Assembly (NCBI GenBank): GCA_030141605.1
Contig: JAQGDQ010000115.1
Location: forward strand, 1 to 64,000
Direction of reading: 5' to 3'
From: Tubiluchus corallicola
Taxonomy: Eukaryota; Animalia; Priapulida
Length of the DNA: 64,000 bases
The position numbers were made by a program, and so were the translations under genes. The notes under the pieces were generated by a model that saw only the letters and a program-made list of their open reading frames with translations, did no database searches and was not told the origin of the DNA. Below, in pieces: positions 23,253 through 37,040 of this stretch (the first letter of the stretch is position 1; each line of letters begins with the position of its first letter).

Positions 23253-24949
23253 CAGTAGTCACGTGCAAACATTTAGGCTTCTTGATTGAGTAAATTTATC
23301 GCGCAATAATTACGCATGTTGGGAGCGGAGTAGGACACTAGCCGAAGTAGGACACTAGAGACAGGTCACGAATTGAGTCGTTCGTAATGGCAGCGTTCCT
23401 TTTTATTTAATAATAATAATTGAAAACATCCATACACGTTGAACAATTTATTAACATCTGATGCAATAAAAGAATCTTATTCTGAGCTCGTAGAACAGCC
23501 AATATTATATTTGGCTTCGATATTAATGTTTTTAAAGTGAAATAAACCCGAATTTTTGGCGATTCCAACATTTGCTTCAGGTATATCATTTTTTGTCTCG
23601 CTTCACATACATGTGATCCGTTTTTCTACCTCTAGGACAAATAATTGTTTTCTGCTAAGTAAACGAGCTAGCGAGCTCTATGACCTACATGGTTACTTTC
23701 TTTAAAGCATTAGATATTTAGCTTAATGTTATGATGATATTAATGGAGCTACTAAAAATGGTTATATATTTGTAAAAAATACATTTGTAAATTGTCAAGG
23801 ACTATCGATCATTATTATAAAAGTTACCTTTTTTTCTAAAACAAATTTAGCTTTACGTTTCATTATGTCACAAATCTCGATTCTCGATAGAAATCGCTAG
23901 TGTCGTACTTGGACTGCTAATGTACGACACTGCTTTTCCGCAAATTTAGCGCATGCGCTTTAGAGGAAGTGTCCTTCTTCGACTAGTGGGCTACTGTGAG
24001 CCCAACAACTCAAGTTGAATGTCGCTGATATCAATTGAACCTGTCGCTCACGCTCGTTTAGACTGTCGGGAAAGTGTTCACCTCGAACCAATAGAAATCC
24101 CGCGAGAGTAAACAAGAAATTTGTCCCAGAACATCCATTGTCACGCTGAGGAAAGGGTCACTTTTTTCTTTTGGCATGATTAATGCGTAAGCTTAACAGT
24201 ATTTTTGAATCACCTACGCAGAAATTTACTAAATTATCTCGTGTAATTTGCATGAAAATCTAAATAGGAATCCAAATGAATACTCGATTTTCAAACGAAG
24301 GGTAGGAATACTCCAATGAAGCACGAGCAATTTAGCGTTTGTAATTAAACAAGGAATACAGGAATACGAGAGAAATGTCATATTAGGTCCTTTAAGATGC
24401 TAAATTTAATCATCATTAAAATCATTCAGTTAAAGACATCATTGCAAAAAAGCAGAATGATATTCTGGTTTAATTTTTTGATTCTTTGATTCAATTCACT
24501 CAGCGTTAAATTGAGTCTACTGTATTTTTGCGCTTTCTATTATATTTGTAAATTTTATGGATCAGAAGTTATTTGTAATTCGTAAAGATTTTTCACAAGT
24601 AGCCGGTCAGAAAATTATGTTGAGTTTCAGTTTCGACGCTACTAAATTTTTAATAGTTGCATACATTCTTGTATAGGTATCTTTTTAAAACTAAATTAGA
24701 TGCCGTGAATTTAAGTAAATTTTTATTTTCTCACAGCAGGTAATTTAGTCCCTGAGCATCTTCCCACATTGATTTGATGACTTTTTATGAAAATATTTGC
24801 GTTTAATTATTGTCCGTGTTTGAATTGAAATAAAATTAAAAATATTGGTGAAATAAAAAATACCCTTTGAAAATCCTCGTTTGTGATTATGTGCTGTGTG
24901 TGACTTAGGATTACAGTGAGGCTGTTCATTGATGAGTGAAAAAAGTGCA

Positions 24950-25445
24950 TACAGATAAATGAACGAATGAATGGTCGATTGAAAGACAGATAAATGAACG
25001 AATGAATGGTCGACTGAAAGACAGATAAATGAACGAATGAATGGTCGACTGAAAGATTGAATGATTGAAAGAATGGATGAATGAACGACACCAACGAACA
25101 AGCAGACGAAAACGAACAAACAGATAAATGAACGAATGAATGGTCGACTGAAAGATTGAATGATTGAAAGAATGGATGAATGAACGACACCAACGAACAA
25201 GCAGACGAAAACGAACAAACAGATAAATGAACGAATGAATGGTCGACTGAAAGATTAAATGATTGAATGATTGAAAGAATGGATGAATGAACGACACCAA
25301 CGAACAACAGACGAAAACGAACAAACAGATAAATGAACGAATGAATGGTCGACTGAAAGATTGAAATGATGATTAAATGATTGAAAGAATGGATGAATGA
25401 ACGACACCAACGAACAAGCAGACGAACGAACAAACAGACAAACAA
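24950..25445. repeat. Complex GAAT/GAAC-based tandem repeat
   Basis: ACAGATAAATGAACGAATGAATGGTCGACTGAAAGA is repeated. Confidence 0.9.
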
Positions 25446-27406
25446 AAAACGTGCAAACGAGTGAACAAACGAAGAAAGAAAACAAGGACCAAGTGACTAA
25501 AGACGTGAACAAATGATGATGAACAAATCAATAAACTTGAAAAGGAAGAAACGAGGAAAGGAAGGAACGTGTAAAAGAACGACTAAACCTACAAAGGAAT
25601 GAAAACTCTTCATATATTGAAGTTGCAGGCGAGTAATTTACAAACTTGAACTAAAACGTGTTATAATAATTTGTCTATAATTATTTTTATAACACTGAAA
25701 AATCTACCTTCTTTGTCCTAAACGCCTGGATAGCAAAAGCTGGTTTTATAAAACGAGCGAATGAATGATAGCAAAAATAAAATTTTCAATTTAAGTATTA
25801 GAACTGGTTCCATTAGACGAACATGATAAAACAGATTTTAATCTTAAGTGAAATTCGTGTAGAAAGATTGCTAGTAGTGTAATTTTAACACATTTGGAAT
25901 TTGGTTTAAATTTGCCAACTGGTTTAAATGCCATAATGACCTGGCATCTAAGTGCACTTTTATAATCGAGGCGAAACATTTTTCAACAAGTTTGTTAACA
26001 CTTCAATTTAAGCAATTTTCAGAAACTGGATTTGGGATAATTCCATAACCATTTTAGGTCTATAAGCGAGAAAATGCTCATAACGCATTTTCGTAAATAA
26101 CTTTCTTCATTACATTGCCGTTGTCGACGTTGTCGCACCGTCGTCGTCATCATCATCATCATCATTCTCATCATCGCCAAAGTTATGATGATATTACAGT
26201 ACTATCAGTTATATTTTTTGCAATTGCAACTATATATACTCAGTTTCCAGATTAACATTTAAGCAAACCAGAGCAGTATCCATACGAGGTCGAAAAAGGA
26301 TAAATAATTTGCGAGTGAAACCCGTTCTTTTAAAAAACAGCGAAACGAATGTTATTACAGAATTTCGTGAAATAAATAATTCGAGACAAGATAAAACACG
26401 TGTAGATATTTGCAATCATTTTATTGTAAAACGTATACAATGTTCACCTCAACCACAAAATTGAACAAACAGTTATAAAGTTAGCAATATGATATTTAAC
26501 AGTAGAAAATTTGCATCCATTCTCAATGCTGTCTCTAGATCAACTGAAACTTGCATGCCCGAGAGAATAGAGCTGTAATCACGTGACCAGAAGTTCCTTT
26601 TGGAAGGTACATCATATTCATGCATACAGACCATAAATGGAAAGGTCACCTATACTCTACAGACTACTAGTTAAATCAAAATCAAAGTGTACTTGGCTTC
26701 TTTGATAGTAGGATAAAGATTATTGGTTTACAGAAAGCTGTGTTATAATGTTATAATTTTTCTCATTTAAACTTGAATAAGAGAGTTAGAACCAGAATTA
26801 AAGCACGAAATTAACAATCTAATTACTCTGATTAATGAATATCTATAAAAGCAAAAGGAAACAATATTTAGAAACAAAAATCAATCTCTAACAAACTTTG
26901 TACAATAAGAGTAAAACAACGACTGTAGATGGCAGCATAGACTAATTCAGTACTTTACTGTAGTAGACTGACAATTCAATGGGTCACATAATAATGCAAT
27001 CGCGTACTCGGCACAATAAGCGACAGCACGAGTAAAATTCATTGAAACTTTTATGCTTCATCACTTTACTGCGTCATATTTTTAGATAAAAACGGTGGCT
27101 TTTGTTATTTGTTGATAATTTGTTTATTTGTTAGTTAGTTTGAGTTTCTTGTAAATGATCACTGCAAAGGGCAGCACGTTCAACAATCATAAACTGTATG
27201 AAATCATGTACCATTGTGCAAGCTATATTTGCTCGAAAGCTGCAGATGTGTAAATTTTAATATGACTGATAGCAACACATTTACATAATCATTCATGTTA
27301 GATGTTTACGGCTGTTTTGCTTTTTTTGTGGAGATTCTACATTAGCTGGTCGATTTTGTCAAATGCCTATTCTAATTACTTTAGTAAAGTATTATCTTTT
27401 ACACAG

Positions 27407-27510
27407 ATGACATCTAAACAAGCTATAGGTGTGTTAATGATTGGGGTGCTCCCTGGCGGAACGATAGCGAACATGTTTACATACTGGAATGATGGAGACG
27501 TCGCACTCAG
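27407..27510 (+). CDS. SLC10A2-like: SLC10 family exon 2
   Basis: AIGVLMIGVLPGGTIANMFTYWNDGDVAL matches the SLC10 PGG..SN..GD..LS signature; phase 0-2. Confidence 0.92.
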
Positions 27511-27642
27511 GTATCATCGGTTATATAGTTCCTGGTACACGAAGCAGATGAAAGACGCGTTTGCTCTTTGTGCCTTTAAAAAACAATGCTTTATTTTTAT
27601 GTCGTGTTTTACCATATATATGTATATATTGTACTACAGGGC

Positions 27643-27960
27643 TGTGGTGAAATGATATGTAATGTTGGCAGGGAAATACAGTAGACTTTTCAGGTGTGCA
27701 TGTGAGAACGTGGCTTTATCTAGCACAGACTCGTATTCTGACCTTGTGTTAGTAAAAGCCACTAGTCACGTGCACACCTGAGCTTATAAAAAGGGAAGGT
27801 CTGCTGTAGACTCTAGTCGGTCGTCGTGTCTTTCGTAGCATGTGCAGCTCTGTTCACATTTCTCAGGCTTTTCTCGCAAACTCTGTTCCTGTAGGTAAGC
27901 TGGTCGTTCCTTATTTAAAGTGTAAAATTCAATAATAAATTGTCATTTCGACTGACTCTA
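27643..27960 (+). mobile_element. Possible solo LTR (intronic)
   Basis: TG start, CTTATAAAAAGGG, later AATAAA; the ends and a TSD could not be defined. Confidence 0.3.
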
Positions 27961-28694
27961 TTATTCAATCTTTGTTTATGGGTGAGGCGTTGAATGACAT
28001 AATTAAGACATGCCGCACGGTGTGGGCCGCGGTGCCATCCGTCCTGCCTCCGCTATGAGCGGACGGCAGTCCAATATATATTAATGTGTATTGTATAATG
28101 TTATATGGTGTATATGCATACATGATACATATATATATTTTTATGTACAGTATATCGCAATTTTGTTTAGTGTGAAACTAAATAGACGATATGAAAAACA
28201 ACCGCCCAGTCCTCGCGCGTTGGTCCTAAGCAACGTCATTTCGATTAACCATTAGGCTAACAAAGCTATAGCCTTACGCCCTAAATTTCGATAGGCCCTC
28301 GGTGTCCTGAGACCGATGATCAGCTAAAGATGGGTAATACTACTTTTAACAAGATAACGAAATTATTAAAGCTATACATTGAATATATACAGGATCGTTC
28401 AGAAAATGTTTCCGAAATCAACCTGTAATACATTGTTATGACAAAACTTGCAGCAAACAGAGCCAAACATTTGTAAAAACTTGATAAAGCTTAAGAATAA
28501 TTATCTTTAATTAATTTTCAACTTCTATAAATATTCACGATTTACAGAAGTTGAAAATTTAAATATTTCACGTAATGATCCGTCTCGCTTTTTAATGGAC
28601 AAATTGTTTTATATGTTTACGTTTTTGCTATTTTATTGGGTGTACAAAATGCCGAATTTGTCATTAAACTATATATGTATATGGGTACCCCAAG

Positions 28695-29089
28695 GGTACA
28701 ACAAATGAAGGGTCGCAAGTTCCACACTGTAAAAGAGACTCACATTTTTCGTGTATCCCCGATTCTCTCCTCTTTCTAAAAAGTCATAAATTTCTCTCCA
28801 AGGCCTCAACATAGAAAAAACATAGTTCTTTGAAAGGACGAAAAAACCGTGCTGGATATATTTATATAGATGCCGCTAGTACGTTTTTTCTGTATGCCGT
28901 TCCACTAATGAGCAAAAAATATTTTTGGAGATTTTTCACCTGCCGTTGTAGAAAAAACTTTTTGCTTGTACTTATTTGCGGCCCTGGAGAGAAATTTATG
29001 ACTTTTTAGAAAGAGGAGAGAATCGGGGATACACGAAAATGTGAGTCTCTTTTACAGTGTGAGACTTGCGACCCTTCATTTGTTGTACC
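28695..29089. mobile_element. MITE / hairpin with ~110-bp near-perfect inverted arms
   Basis: GGTACAACAAATGAAGGGTCGCAAG..TTTCTCTCCA pairs with TGGAGAGAAA..CTTGCGACCCTTCATTTGTTGTACC. Confidence 0.85.
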
Positions 29090-29212
29090 GTTAGGCCCGC
29101 GAAACTTTTAATCCAGCCTTGCGATCTTATCTGCTTCGATTGAAAAGAAAATAAATAAGTAAATAATATTATTCCATTAATTTTGGCCAAATGCTTCGTT
29201 TACAATTTGTAC

Positions 29213-29335
29213 GTTAGGGTTAAAGTTGGGGTTATGGTTATGGTTATGGTTATGGTTATGGTTATGGTTATGGTTAGGGTTAGGGTTAAAGTTGGGGTTA
29301 GGGTCAGGGTCAGGGTTAGGGCTAGGGGTCAGGGT
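29213..29335. repeat. Degenerate TTAGGG/TTATGG/TCAGGG hexamer array (interstitial)
   Basis: Seen directly. Confidence 0.85.
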
Positions 29336-29825
29336 GTTTAAATTGTGTGGGGAATTGTAAATTCCTTTCCAATATTCGAACAAAAATCGATAACCAGACG
29401 AAAGCGTCAAAGCTGTTGCAGTACGAAACTTTGCACGAAAACTGCAATATTCTGCATTTTGATCTCTCTTCCAAAAATGAGGTTGCAGCGTTGCCGTCCT
29501 GTGCCGGTTCCAGTTTACAGGCAAGCAAAAGGAAATTTTAAAGCATGTTATGAAAAAGTTTCCACACAAAGTTACAGCTATTATTTAGCATTACGCTTAT
29601 CTGCTTGAAAGACTTATGCAGTTGGAAAAGAAAATTAATAGTCACTGACTCACCTTCCCAGTGTGCATCAGTGACTCACCAAACAAGACACAGTCATTCA
29701 TACGTTTGCCTAATTAGTGAAGTTGCACTACGAATGCCCTGATTATTTTTCTGACTTTAAGGAATGTTATCTAAACTTTTTCCAAACGACCGTTACTGAA
29801 TAGCTGAACAAAAATTGTTTTTCAG

Positions 29826-30030
29826 CATCTGCATCACGTGCGTGACACATGCGCTAGCATTTGGCACCATGCCAGCAAATCTTCTCTTGTACAGTCGTAG
29901 CTGGCTTGACGAGCATTTCATCATTCCACATGTCCGGATCGTCATTGCCTTAGTCTCCATTGTTCCTCCATTTTGTGTAGGAGTCTTCATCAAGTACAAA
30001 CTACCTAAAATAGCAAATGTTATTATCAAG
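29826..30030 (+). CDS. SLC10A2-like: SLC10 family exon 3
   Basis: SICITCVTHALAFGTMPANLLLYSRSW..IPHVRIVIALVSIVPPFCVGVFIKYKLPK; phase 2-0; donor GTAAGC. Confidence 0.92.
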
Positions 30031-30174
30031 GTAAGCGATACCATAGATAATGCAAGGTTTATTTATTTCCCGGTTTTTTTCGTTAATTTTCGTGTGGCAA
30101 TGCGCAAGAAATCAGAGCTAGTGAACAAAACTGCGATGACTAGATTTGATACCTTCACTAAATAGGGTAAAAGC

Positions 30175-30368
30175 GCACACACGCACACACACGCACACAC
30201 GCACACATGCGCACACGTGCACACGCGCACATGCGCACACGCACACGCATGCACACTCACTCACACACACATACACACACATGCACACACACACACACAC
30301 ACACACTCACACACACATACACGCACACACACGCACACATCCGCTTACGTGCACACACACGCACACGC

Positions 30369-30401
<33 letters not shown>
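30175..30401. repeat. (CA)n-based microsatellite
   Basis: Seen directly. Confidence 0.95.
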
Positions 30402-30404
<3 letters not shown>

Positions 30405-30778
30405 AAAATGCCTCCAGAATATTTGGTTGTGTAATAACACTTTTCTTGCGTGTGTCATTTCTCTTTCATATACTTACAAAACAACACACATATTGTTGCG
30501 TCTTTTACATAATTACCCTACTTTGAATTATTATTAGCGTATTTTTGGCTAAGCTACTTCATTGTGATCCGAAAACTTCGAAAAAGCTTCTTCGGCTTTG
30601 TTTTGCTTTGGTATACGGAATGAATAAATAAATTTGATCTAAATTGAATAAACAAATAAGTTTGAATCTAAATCTTGTGAACATTTCCTTTCCGATGTCT
30701 TGAATCAATCAGTCCATTCTGTCAGTCTGACTGTGTGACTGAATACTAAATAATAATGTGTTTTTTTGTTATTTTCAG

Positions 30779-31234
30779 ATTGGAAGTATAGCTGGACTAC
30801 TAGCCATTATATTAAACATCATTTTACAAAGCCTTATCACACCAAACATGTACTTTGCTCCCTGGACGATGTACTTCGCCGCTTTTGCTCTGCCAGCTTT
30901 CGGATACGTGACTGGTTTCATTTTGAGTGGCGCCTGCCGGCTAAACGGACCCTTTAGCAGGACCATTGCCGTACAGACCAGCGTCAAAAATGTAGCTCTG
31001 GGACTGACGGTGATAAATCTAACATTTGACGAAGCAACATTGGAAGAAGTGATGATGTTCCCATCTCTGTATGCCATCACATGTATGCTGAACCTGTTCA
31101 TTTTTACAGGACTGTGGCTGATTTACGAACACGTCAAGCATAAACAATCAGTTGATTTCGAGTTCCAGCATGAAATAAAGACGAAACTAGGCAATGTTAA
31201 CCACATAATATTAAACACTATAGCCATACACTGA
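30779..31234 (+). CDS. SLC10A2-like: SLC10 family exon 4 (terminal); total 335 aa
   Basis: Acceptor TTATTTTCAG; LPAFGYVTGF..RTIAVQTSVKNVALG..MFPSLY; TGA 31232-31234. Confidence 0.88.
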   Translation: MGSIAGLLAIILNIILQSLITPNMYFAPWTMYFAAFALPAFGYVTGFILSGACRLNGPFSRTIAVQTSVKNVALGLTVINLTFDEATLEEVMMFPSLYAITCMLNLFIFTGLWLIYEHVKHKQSVDFEFQHEIKTKLGNVNHIILNTIAIH

Positions 31235-32094
31235 AGCAGTATATGCTGTTAATAATTATAAATGGCAATTGGACGGCAATAAGTTTTCTAAAAAGGAAAG
31301 GGCCCAAGTAAGGCTGGTGGCCACTTGAGGTACAACAGGCTGCAGTTAAAAAGTATAATTATGGATACAAATCTAGAAGGCTTAAAGTACAAGAAAAGGC
31401 CTAGTTAAAGCAAGTCTCAGAAAATTTTCACTAAAGAATTATAATGGTTAGGGGCAATCTTAAGCGTTTATCATACTCGCGTTAAAAGAATTTTCTGTTT
31501 GTTTTCATTTTAAATACTCCCGCGAGACTGTCACGGCGGCGCCATATTAGATGGCGTCACAGAACCACAACACAAATCTTTATAGTACACGTGCCCAGAA
31601 CTCACTGCGACTGTCTTCGAGTGATGTCATGCTGGCTTTTCAGTTGGCAGAATAAATGAAACATGTCTGCGCCAACGTTTATTGCAGCGGTATTTCACAA
31701 AAATTGGAGTAAATGCGAAAACGTGAGTACTTCATTCGCTTAAGATTATACTTAGGTGATATAATTTTTTATGAAGACAATTCTGAGGCTTACTTTGGTT
31801 GGTCATTTTCTTGGCCTTTAATGATTATAACCGTTATAACTAATTATAATTATTTCTCCATAAGCCACATATTATTTCTACAAATGACACATAGTGCTTT
31901 GGCTATATTAAATATTAGTGAATGTTACAGTTTTACACAACTTCTGCTTTGCGCAAAAACCTTGTTTTAATGTTCAATGGTTTTGGGAATAGTAGGCCTA
32001 TTTGTAGAGATTAAATAGGGCGCCCAAGACGTTCCACAATCGGTACTTTTCCCGGTTTTTCGAACTTTTGCTCGATTACTACGTACAAAGTTGC

Positions 32095-32737
32095 AGCAGT
32101 GAGGTTATTGACTGGACAGGGAAATGTCAATGAATTGATGAGTCATATTGGATTTGCAAGAGATGAGTTTTGTGAACGTGGCATGGAAGCCCAGAACACT
32201 TGATATACCGATGTCCTCGAGTCGACGCAAATAGGCGACATGTACTACTAAACGAACTGGGAACTGAGAATTTAAATCTTGTATATTGGACCAAAAAATG
32301 AAAATTTAATATCGGCACCAACCTACTTTGTAAAGGAACCTTTAGTTTTAAGATCCTGCTGTTAATTTTTTAGTAAAATAGGGATTAAATTTGTGTAGTT
32401 CTTGAGATTACTGGTTGTAACTCTTGTGGATTTAAACATTGAATTGGAATCTAATAATTTGGTATATCAATTTATCTGCATTTTTATGTTACTTCACAGG
32501 AAACTTGCTGCATTAATAACCTTGATTTTAGCACGCACTTTAATACTTCTTGTTTAATATCACTGTAAGAAATGTTATACGCACAAATTAGAAAAGCAAA
32601 TTACAGAATCCGTAAATGTAATATTGTCGAATTCAGTCTGTATAGTGTCTATGTAAAATTGTATAATGTTAGTACAGGAATTTTTGCCTGCAAAAAGAGG
32701 CTAATAAAGACTTCATCATCATCATCATCATCATCAT
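32095..32737 (+). mobile_element. Dispersed retroelement-like repeat ending AATAAAGA(CAT)n; partial copies at 33762-33860 and 35500-36225
   Basis: Shared GCAGTGAG.TTATTGACTGGACA.GGAAATG and AACCTTG.TTTTAGCAC.CACTTTAAT blocks. Confidence 0.65.
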
Positions 32738-33055
32738 ACGTACAAAAACGTTCTTCGCACAGCATAGCTTAAATTGGTACATTCAAATTTTGAATATTTC
32801 TTTACTTTTGCTCCCACCACTCTCATTTGTGAGACCGTAACTGTAAACTTTTTATCAATTCTTCTAGGATGACCTTGTATAAATATGCTTTTTCAAAGAA
32901 AATTTGTAGTACATATACCCCTATTTTGCTTTTAAAACTGAGGACACTGCCATTACACCTCAATCTATAATAACAATATAGAAGAACTTAGTAAAGATAG
33001 TAACAGAGAATGACAAGTCATAAAAAGCTCTTGCTAATTGATGTACCAGTATTAA

Positions 33056-33562
33056 AGGAAAGCCAGACTATTGTGTAGATGTCGGTTCAAAATAAAGTAT
33101 GCTCTACAATATTGAAAACTACAATAGCTTTTTTCAGACCAAAGATGAAATTAAATAATAATTACGTCCGATAGTTAAATCCATTAAGACTTACAATGGC
33201 GCCTTTTGTCATATTCGCATGGTCGACAATTAGGCGCTGTACCCGGATAAGCACGATCTTGTGAACAGCTGTGTTCTTCTGTGATGTCAGTGTGACGTAG
33301 AGCTTATTTCCGTGACATCACATCGGCGTCTTATAGCAATCTTGTCCTACGCAAACGTGTTTGACGCACAGGGAAGATGCCTACCATTGCACAGACTGTG
33401 GTTAGTTTGTGACGTAAGCGATAACTGTGTGTACGTGCGTTAATTAGCTTTCTGAGGTAATTATTCAAATATTAGAAGCAACTGCTAACTTTTGCAAGAA
33501 AATGTGTATTTTAGGCAGTGAATTAAAATGAGATTGAGTCTAATCAATCGTCCGGTGTTCCT
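33056..33562 (+). mobile_element. Kolobok-like MITE, complete
   Basis: TTAA|AGGAAAGCCAGACTATTG ... CAATCGTCCGGTGTTCCT|TTAC: imperfect 18-bp TIR starting AGG, with a TTAA-type target. Confidence 0.6.
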
Positions 33563-34501
33563 TTACTGACATGAATATAATGAAAAAACAGAAAAGACTT
33601 TATCACTGGGTTACTCCTCAAACCAACATAACAGTACTGCAGTTTGTTCATTTTTCGCCATTGTATAATTGCAAGGTTGTATTATATGAAATATAGTGAC
33701 CCACAAAAATTTAAATGACTCCTCTTTAAAAGTTGGAAAGTCCGGAAGAGGAGAGAAGTAACTGCAGTGAGATTATTGACTGGACAAGGAAATGTTCAAT
33801 GGGTAGATGGCTCGTATTGGATTTGCTAGAGATGAGGTTTGTGAATCCGGCATGGAAACCTGTATTGTTTTATTCGTAAAATCGTTCATAAGAAGATTCT
33901 CAGGCTTACGATGGCATTGTATTGTCAAGGAAACAATTTGATAATATGCATTTTGTTACGCAGTTGTGCTATAATTAAGGTTTTTTTAGACTTAGACTTA
34001 GCAGAAAGTGGTAGTATCTTAGCGAGGTGCTGCCATCTTTTGGTTGTTTGCCTGTAAAAATAATTAACCTATTTCTTAGGCTGTTTACTGTACTATCTAT
34101 TTACATACCATTTACTGGGTTTCAACAAAGTTAATGAGGTGTAACAGGAGTCCTAGCTATTGTATGTTGGGCAGTAGTAGTTCAGGTTCATAGTCTGCTG
34201 GTGAAATTCAGATTTCAAATTTCATAATGTAGTTTGTTAACGTATGTTTGCTTCAAATTATATTTTGTGGTTTTTGATTTGCCTAAACTGAAGTTACTGC
34301 TTTAAATTTAATTTTTGTTGTAGTGTGTTAAACCTAAGTAAATTATTAAGTGTTAAATGTTGTTTTTTATTTTTATTATTTCAGACTGCAATTTATGTTG
34401 AAGCCCACCCCCTACCGCCTTCACTTCTTTTTTTGAGCACAGTAATAAAGGCAATCAACCTGTACCAAAGTGTTCATCATTTTTTATTGAGGTTATGGGT
34501 T

Positions 34502-34775
<274 letters not shown>

Positions 34776-36239
34776 TGGACAAGACAGGCATTCAGAAAGG
34801 TTTCGTAACCCAAGAAGGTTATTAAAGGCGATATTAATTTTACGAAAAATTGCTAGTCCAAAAAAAACTCTTACGAAGTTCCGTACGAACGCATTAGCGA
34901 ATCCGGTACCAGAGCATTTGATTATGCCGATGTTCTCCAAGCTCGAGTCGACGTAAACAGACGAACTGTCACGAACTAAACGCACTGGAAATGACAATAT
35001 AATCCTTGTACGTCTAACCGAAAATGTCAATTTAGTATAAGTGCTAACATTTTTTTACAAAGAACATGTTTGGGCTTTACGGTGACAAACAAAGTCATCA
35101 TTTTTTGCTTAGCATAACAGTTTATTGTTTGTATACCATCTTCACGTCACGTGCCCCTTAGTCATTTACTTCATATCTGACACTGAGACGCCATTACTCA
35201 AAAACCTTACATTTTATCTGAAACAAGATAAATATAAATTCCTTTAATAAACTAATTCATTTCTTATCAAAAGATCGGTTACGTTTAAGTGAAATTAGTG
35301 AGAGACTTACAGTAAATAACTAAATAAAATTTACATACGTCGTTGGCATTAAATCGTGAGTTACACAGAAACACGTCATCACTTGAACACATTGAAACTT
35401 GAATGACTGGAAATTGACTAGGATACAAATATCGAAGCCAGATGTCGCCACTTGTAACTGTAAAACGCTATATTAAATTTAACAAACAAAAATCCTTGGC
35501 AGGACCCTTTTATATTAAGATCTTGCTACTACACTTGTGTTAACTTGTGGGCTTAATTGTGTAGTTTTTCAGATTACAGGTTGTATTTTATTGAGGACTT
35601 AATAATAGCATTGGGGATTTTAAAAATTTAACGTATTAATCTAACAGTATTTTTATGTGACTAGACAGGAAACTGGCTTCATTCATAACCTTGGTTTTAG
35701 CACGCACTTTAATACTCTTTGTTTAACATGTAAAATTGTACACTGTTTGTACAGAAATGTCTGCCTGCAAATGTATTACTAAATAAACCGGGAAATGAGA
35801 ACTTAAATCTTGTGTATTGGAGCAAAAATGGAAATTTAATATCAGAACATACTTACTTTTTATCTAAGACCCTGCTGATAAATTTGAGTAAAATAGGGAT
35901 TAAATTTATTTAGTTTTTGAGACTATTGGTTGTAACTCTTTGTGGACTTAGATATTGAATTGGGATTTTATCATTTCGTATATTAATTTCTTTGCATTTT
36001 ATGTTACTAGACAAGAAACTTGCTTGATTAATAACCTTGCTTTTAGCACTCACTTTAATGCTCTTAGTTTAACATTGCTGAAATAATGTTGTACTCACAA
36101 TAGAAAATAAATACAGGATGTGCACTTGAAATGTTGTAGGATAATACTGTGTAAAATTGTACACTGTTTGTACAGAAATTTCTGCCTGCAAAGAGGCCAA
36201 TAAAGAGTTATCGTTATCATCAATACGTATCTAGGTTAA

Positions 36240-37040
36240 TCTATACATTAATTCTACTGGTATGGACTTAATATATAAGATTCGAGGCTACAGCTCGGAC
36301 GACGGCACCATTTGCAGCGATCTACACATCAAACGAAAGGTCTCGATCTAGTGTCGTGCCATTGGGGGTTTATTTTTCAAATCGGGCCCACCGAAATGAA
36401 CGGGGGGCGAAAAACCTCCAAAAATGGCCATTTTTCGGCCGTTTTTTCAAAAGTTATACGTCTGAGATCTGAAGAACGGGAACGCGCCATGGGTGGTGCT
36501 GGCCATGGATAGATAGCCCGTTCAGCGGTGGGTGCCATAGGCGTATTTAGAATTCGCGAGAGGGTCACGGCGTCCCGTAACGGGCGTTTTCCCGGACCCA
36601 ACTCCGAATTTCTTCGAAATTTTGGTCAAACAGCCTGCAGAAAAAACGTTCTAACGGCGCCTGGTGCGACTCACTGAAAGAGATATATAGCTCTTTAGAA
36701 AGAGGAAGAACAGGGCTATACGTTGGTGTAGGCTATATTTTAGGGCAGGTTGTCAGTTATATCTTAATTAATGTAATAGCATCTGCTTCACTCAAAAAAA
36801 GACCTGCTGCTCAATTCTACTGTATATCACATGGTAATCATTTTTTATTTTTGAACAGATGGTTCAAGTCTTCAGCAGTGCCAGGGGAAAGAGGAGTAGA
36901 TGATTTAATGATGGCCTGGTACCATAAACGTCAACCGGGCAGCTTTGCTATAGTACTGTGTGGGGAGGAAGTCTATAATTCGCAGTATTTTCGCCACATA
37001 AGCCAATGTTTCAAATGTGAAAACCGATGACATTACTTGA
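36240..37040 (+). repeat. Segmental duplicate of ~44437-45178: mobile-like element plus pentraxin exon 3 with flanks
   Basis: Near-identical from ATTAATTCTACTGGTAT to CCGATGACATTACTTGAC. A diverged inverted copy of the element part lies at ~60010-60235. Confidence 0.9.
36859..36966 (+). pseudogene. Orphan copy of pentraxin exon 3 with a destroyed donor
   Basis: 108-nt copy of 44996-45103 with T>S and P>L changes; donor GTAAGT changed to GGAAGT. Confidence 0.85.

Noticed and set aside
29213-29335. True telomere or fusion scar
   Set aside because: Short, degenerate, single orientation and intronic; such arrays are common inside non-autonomous elements.
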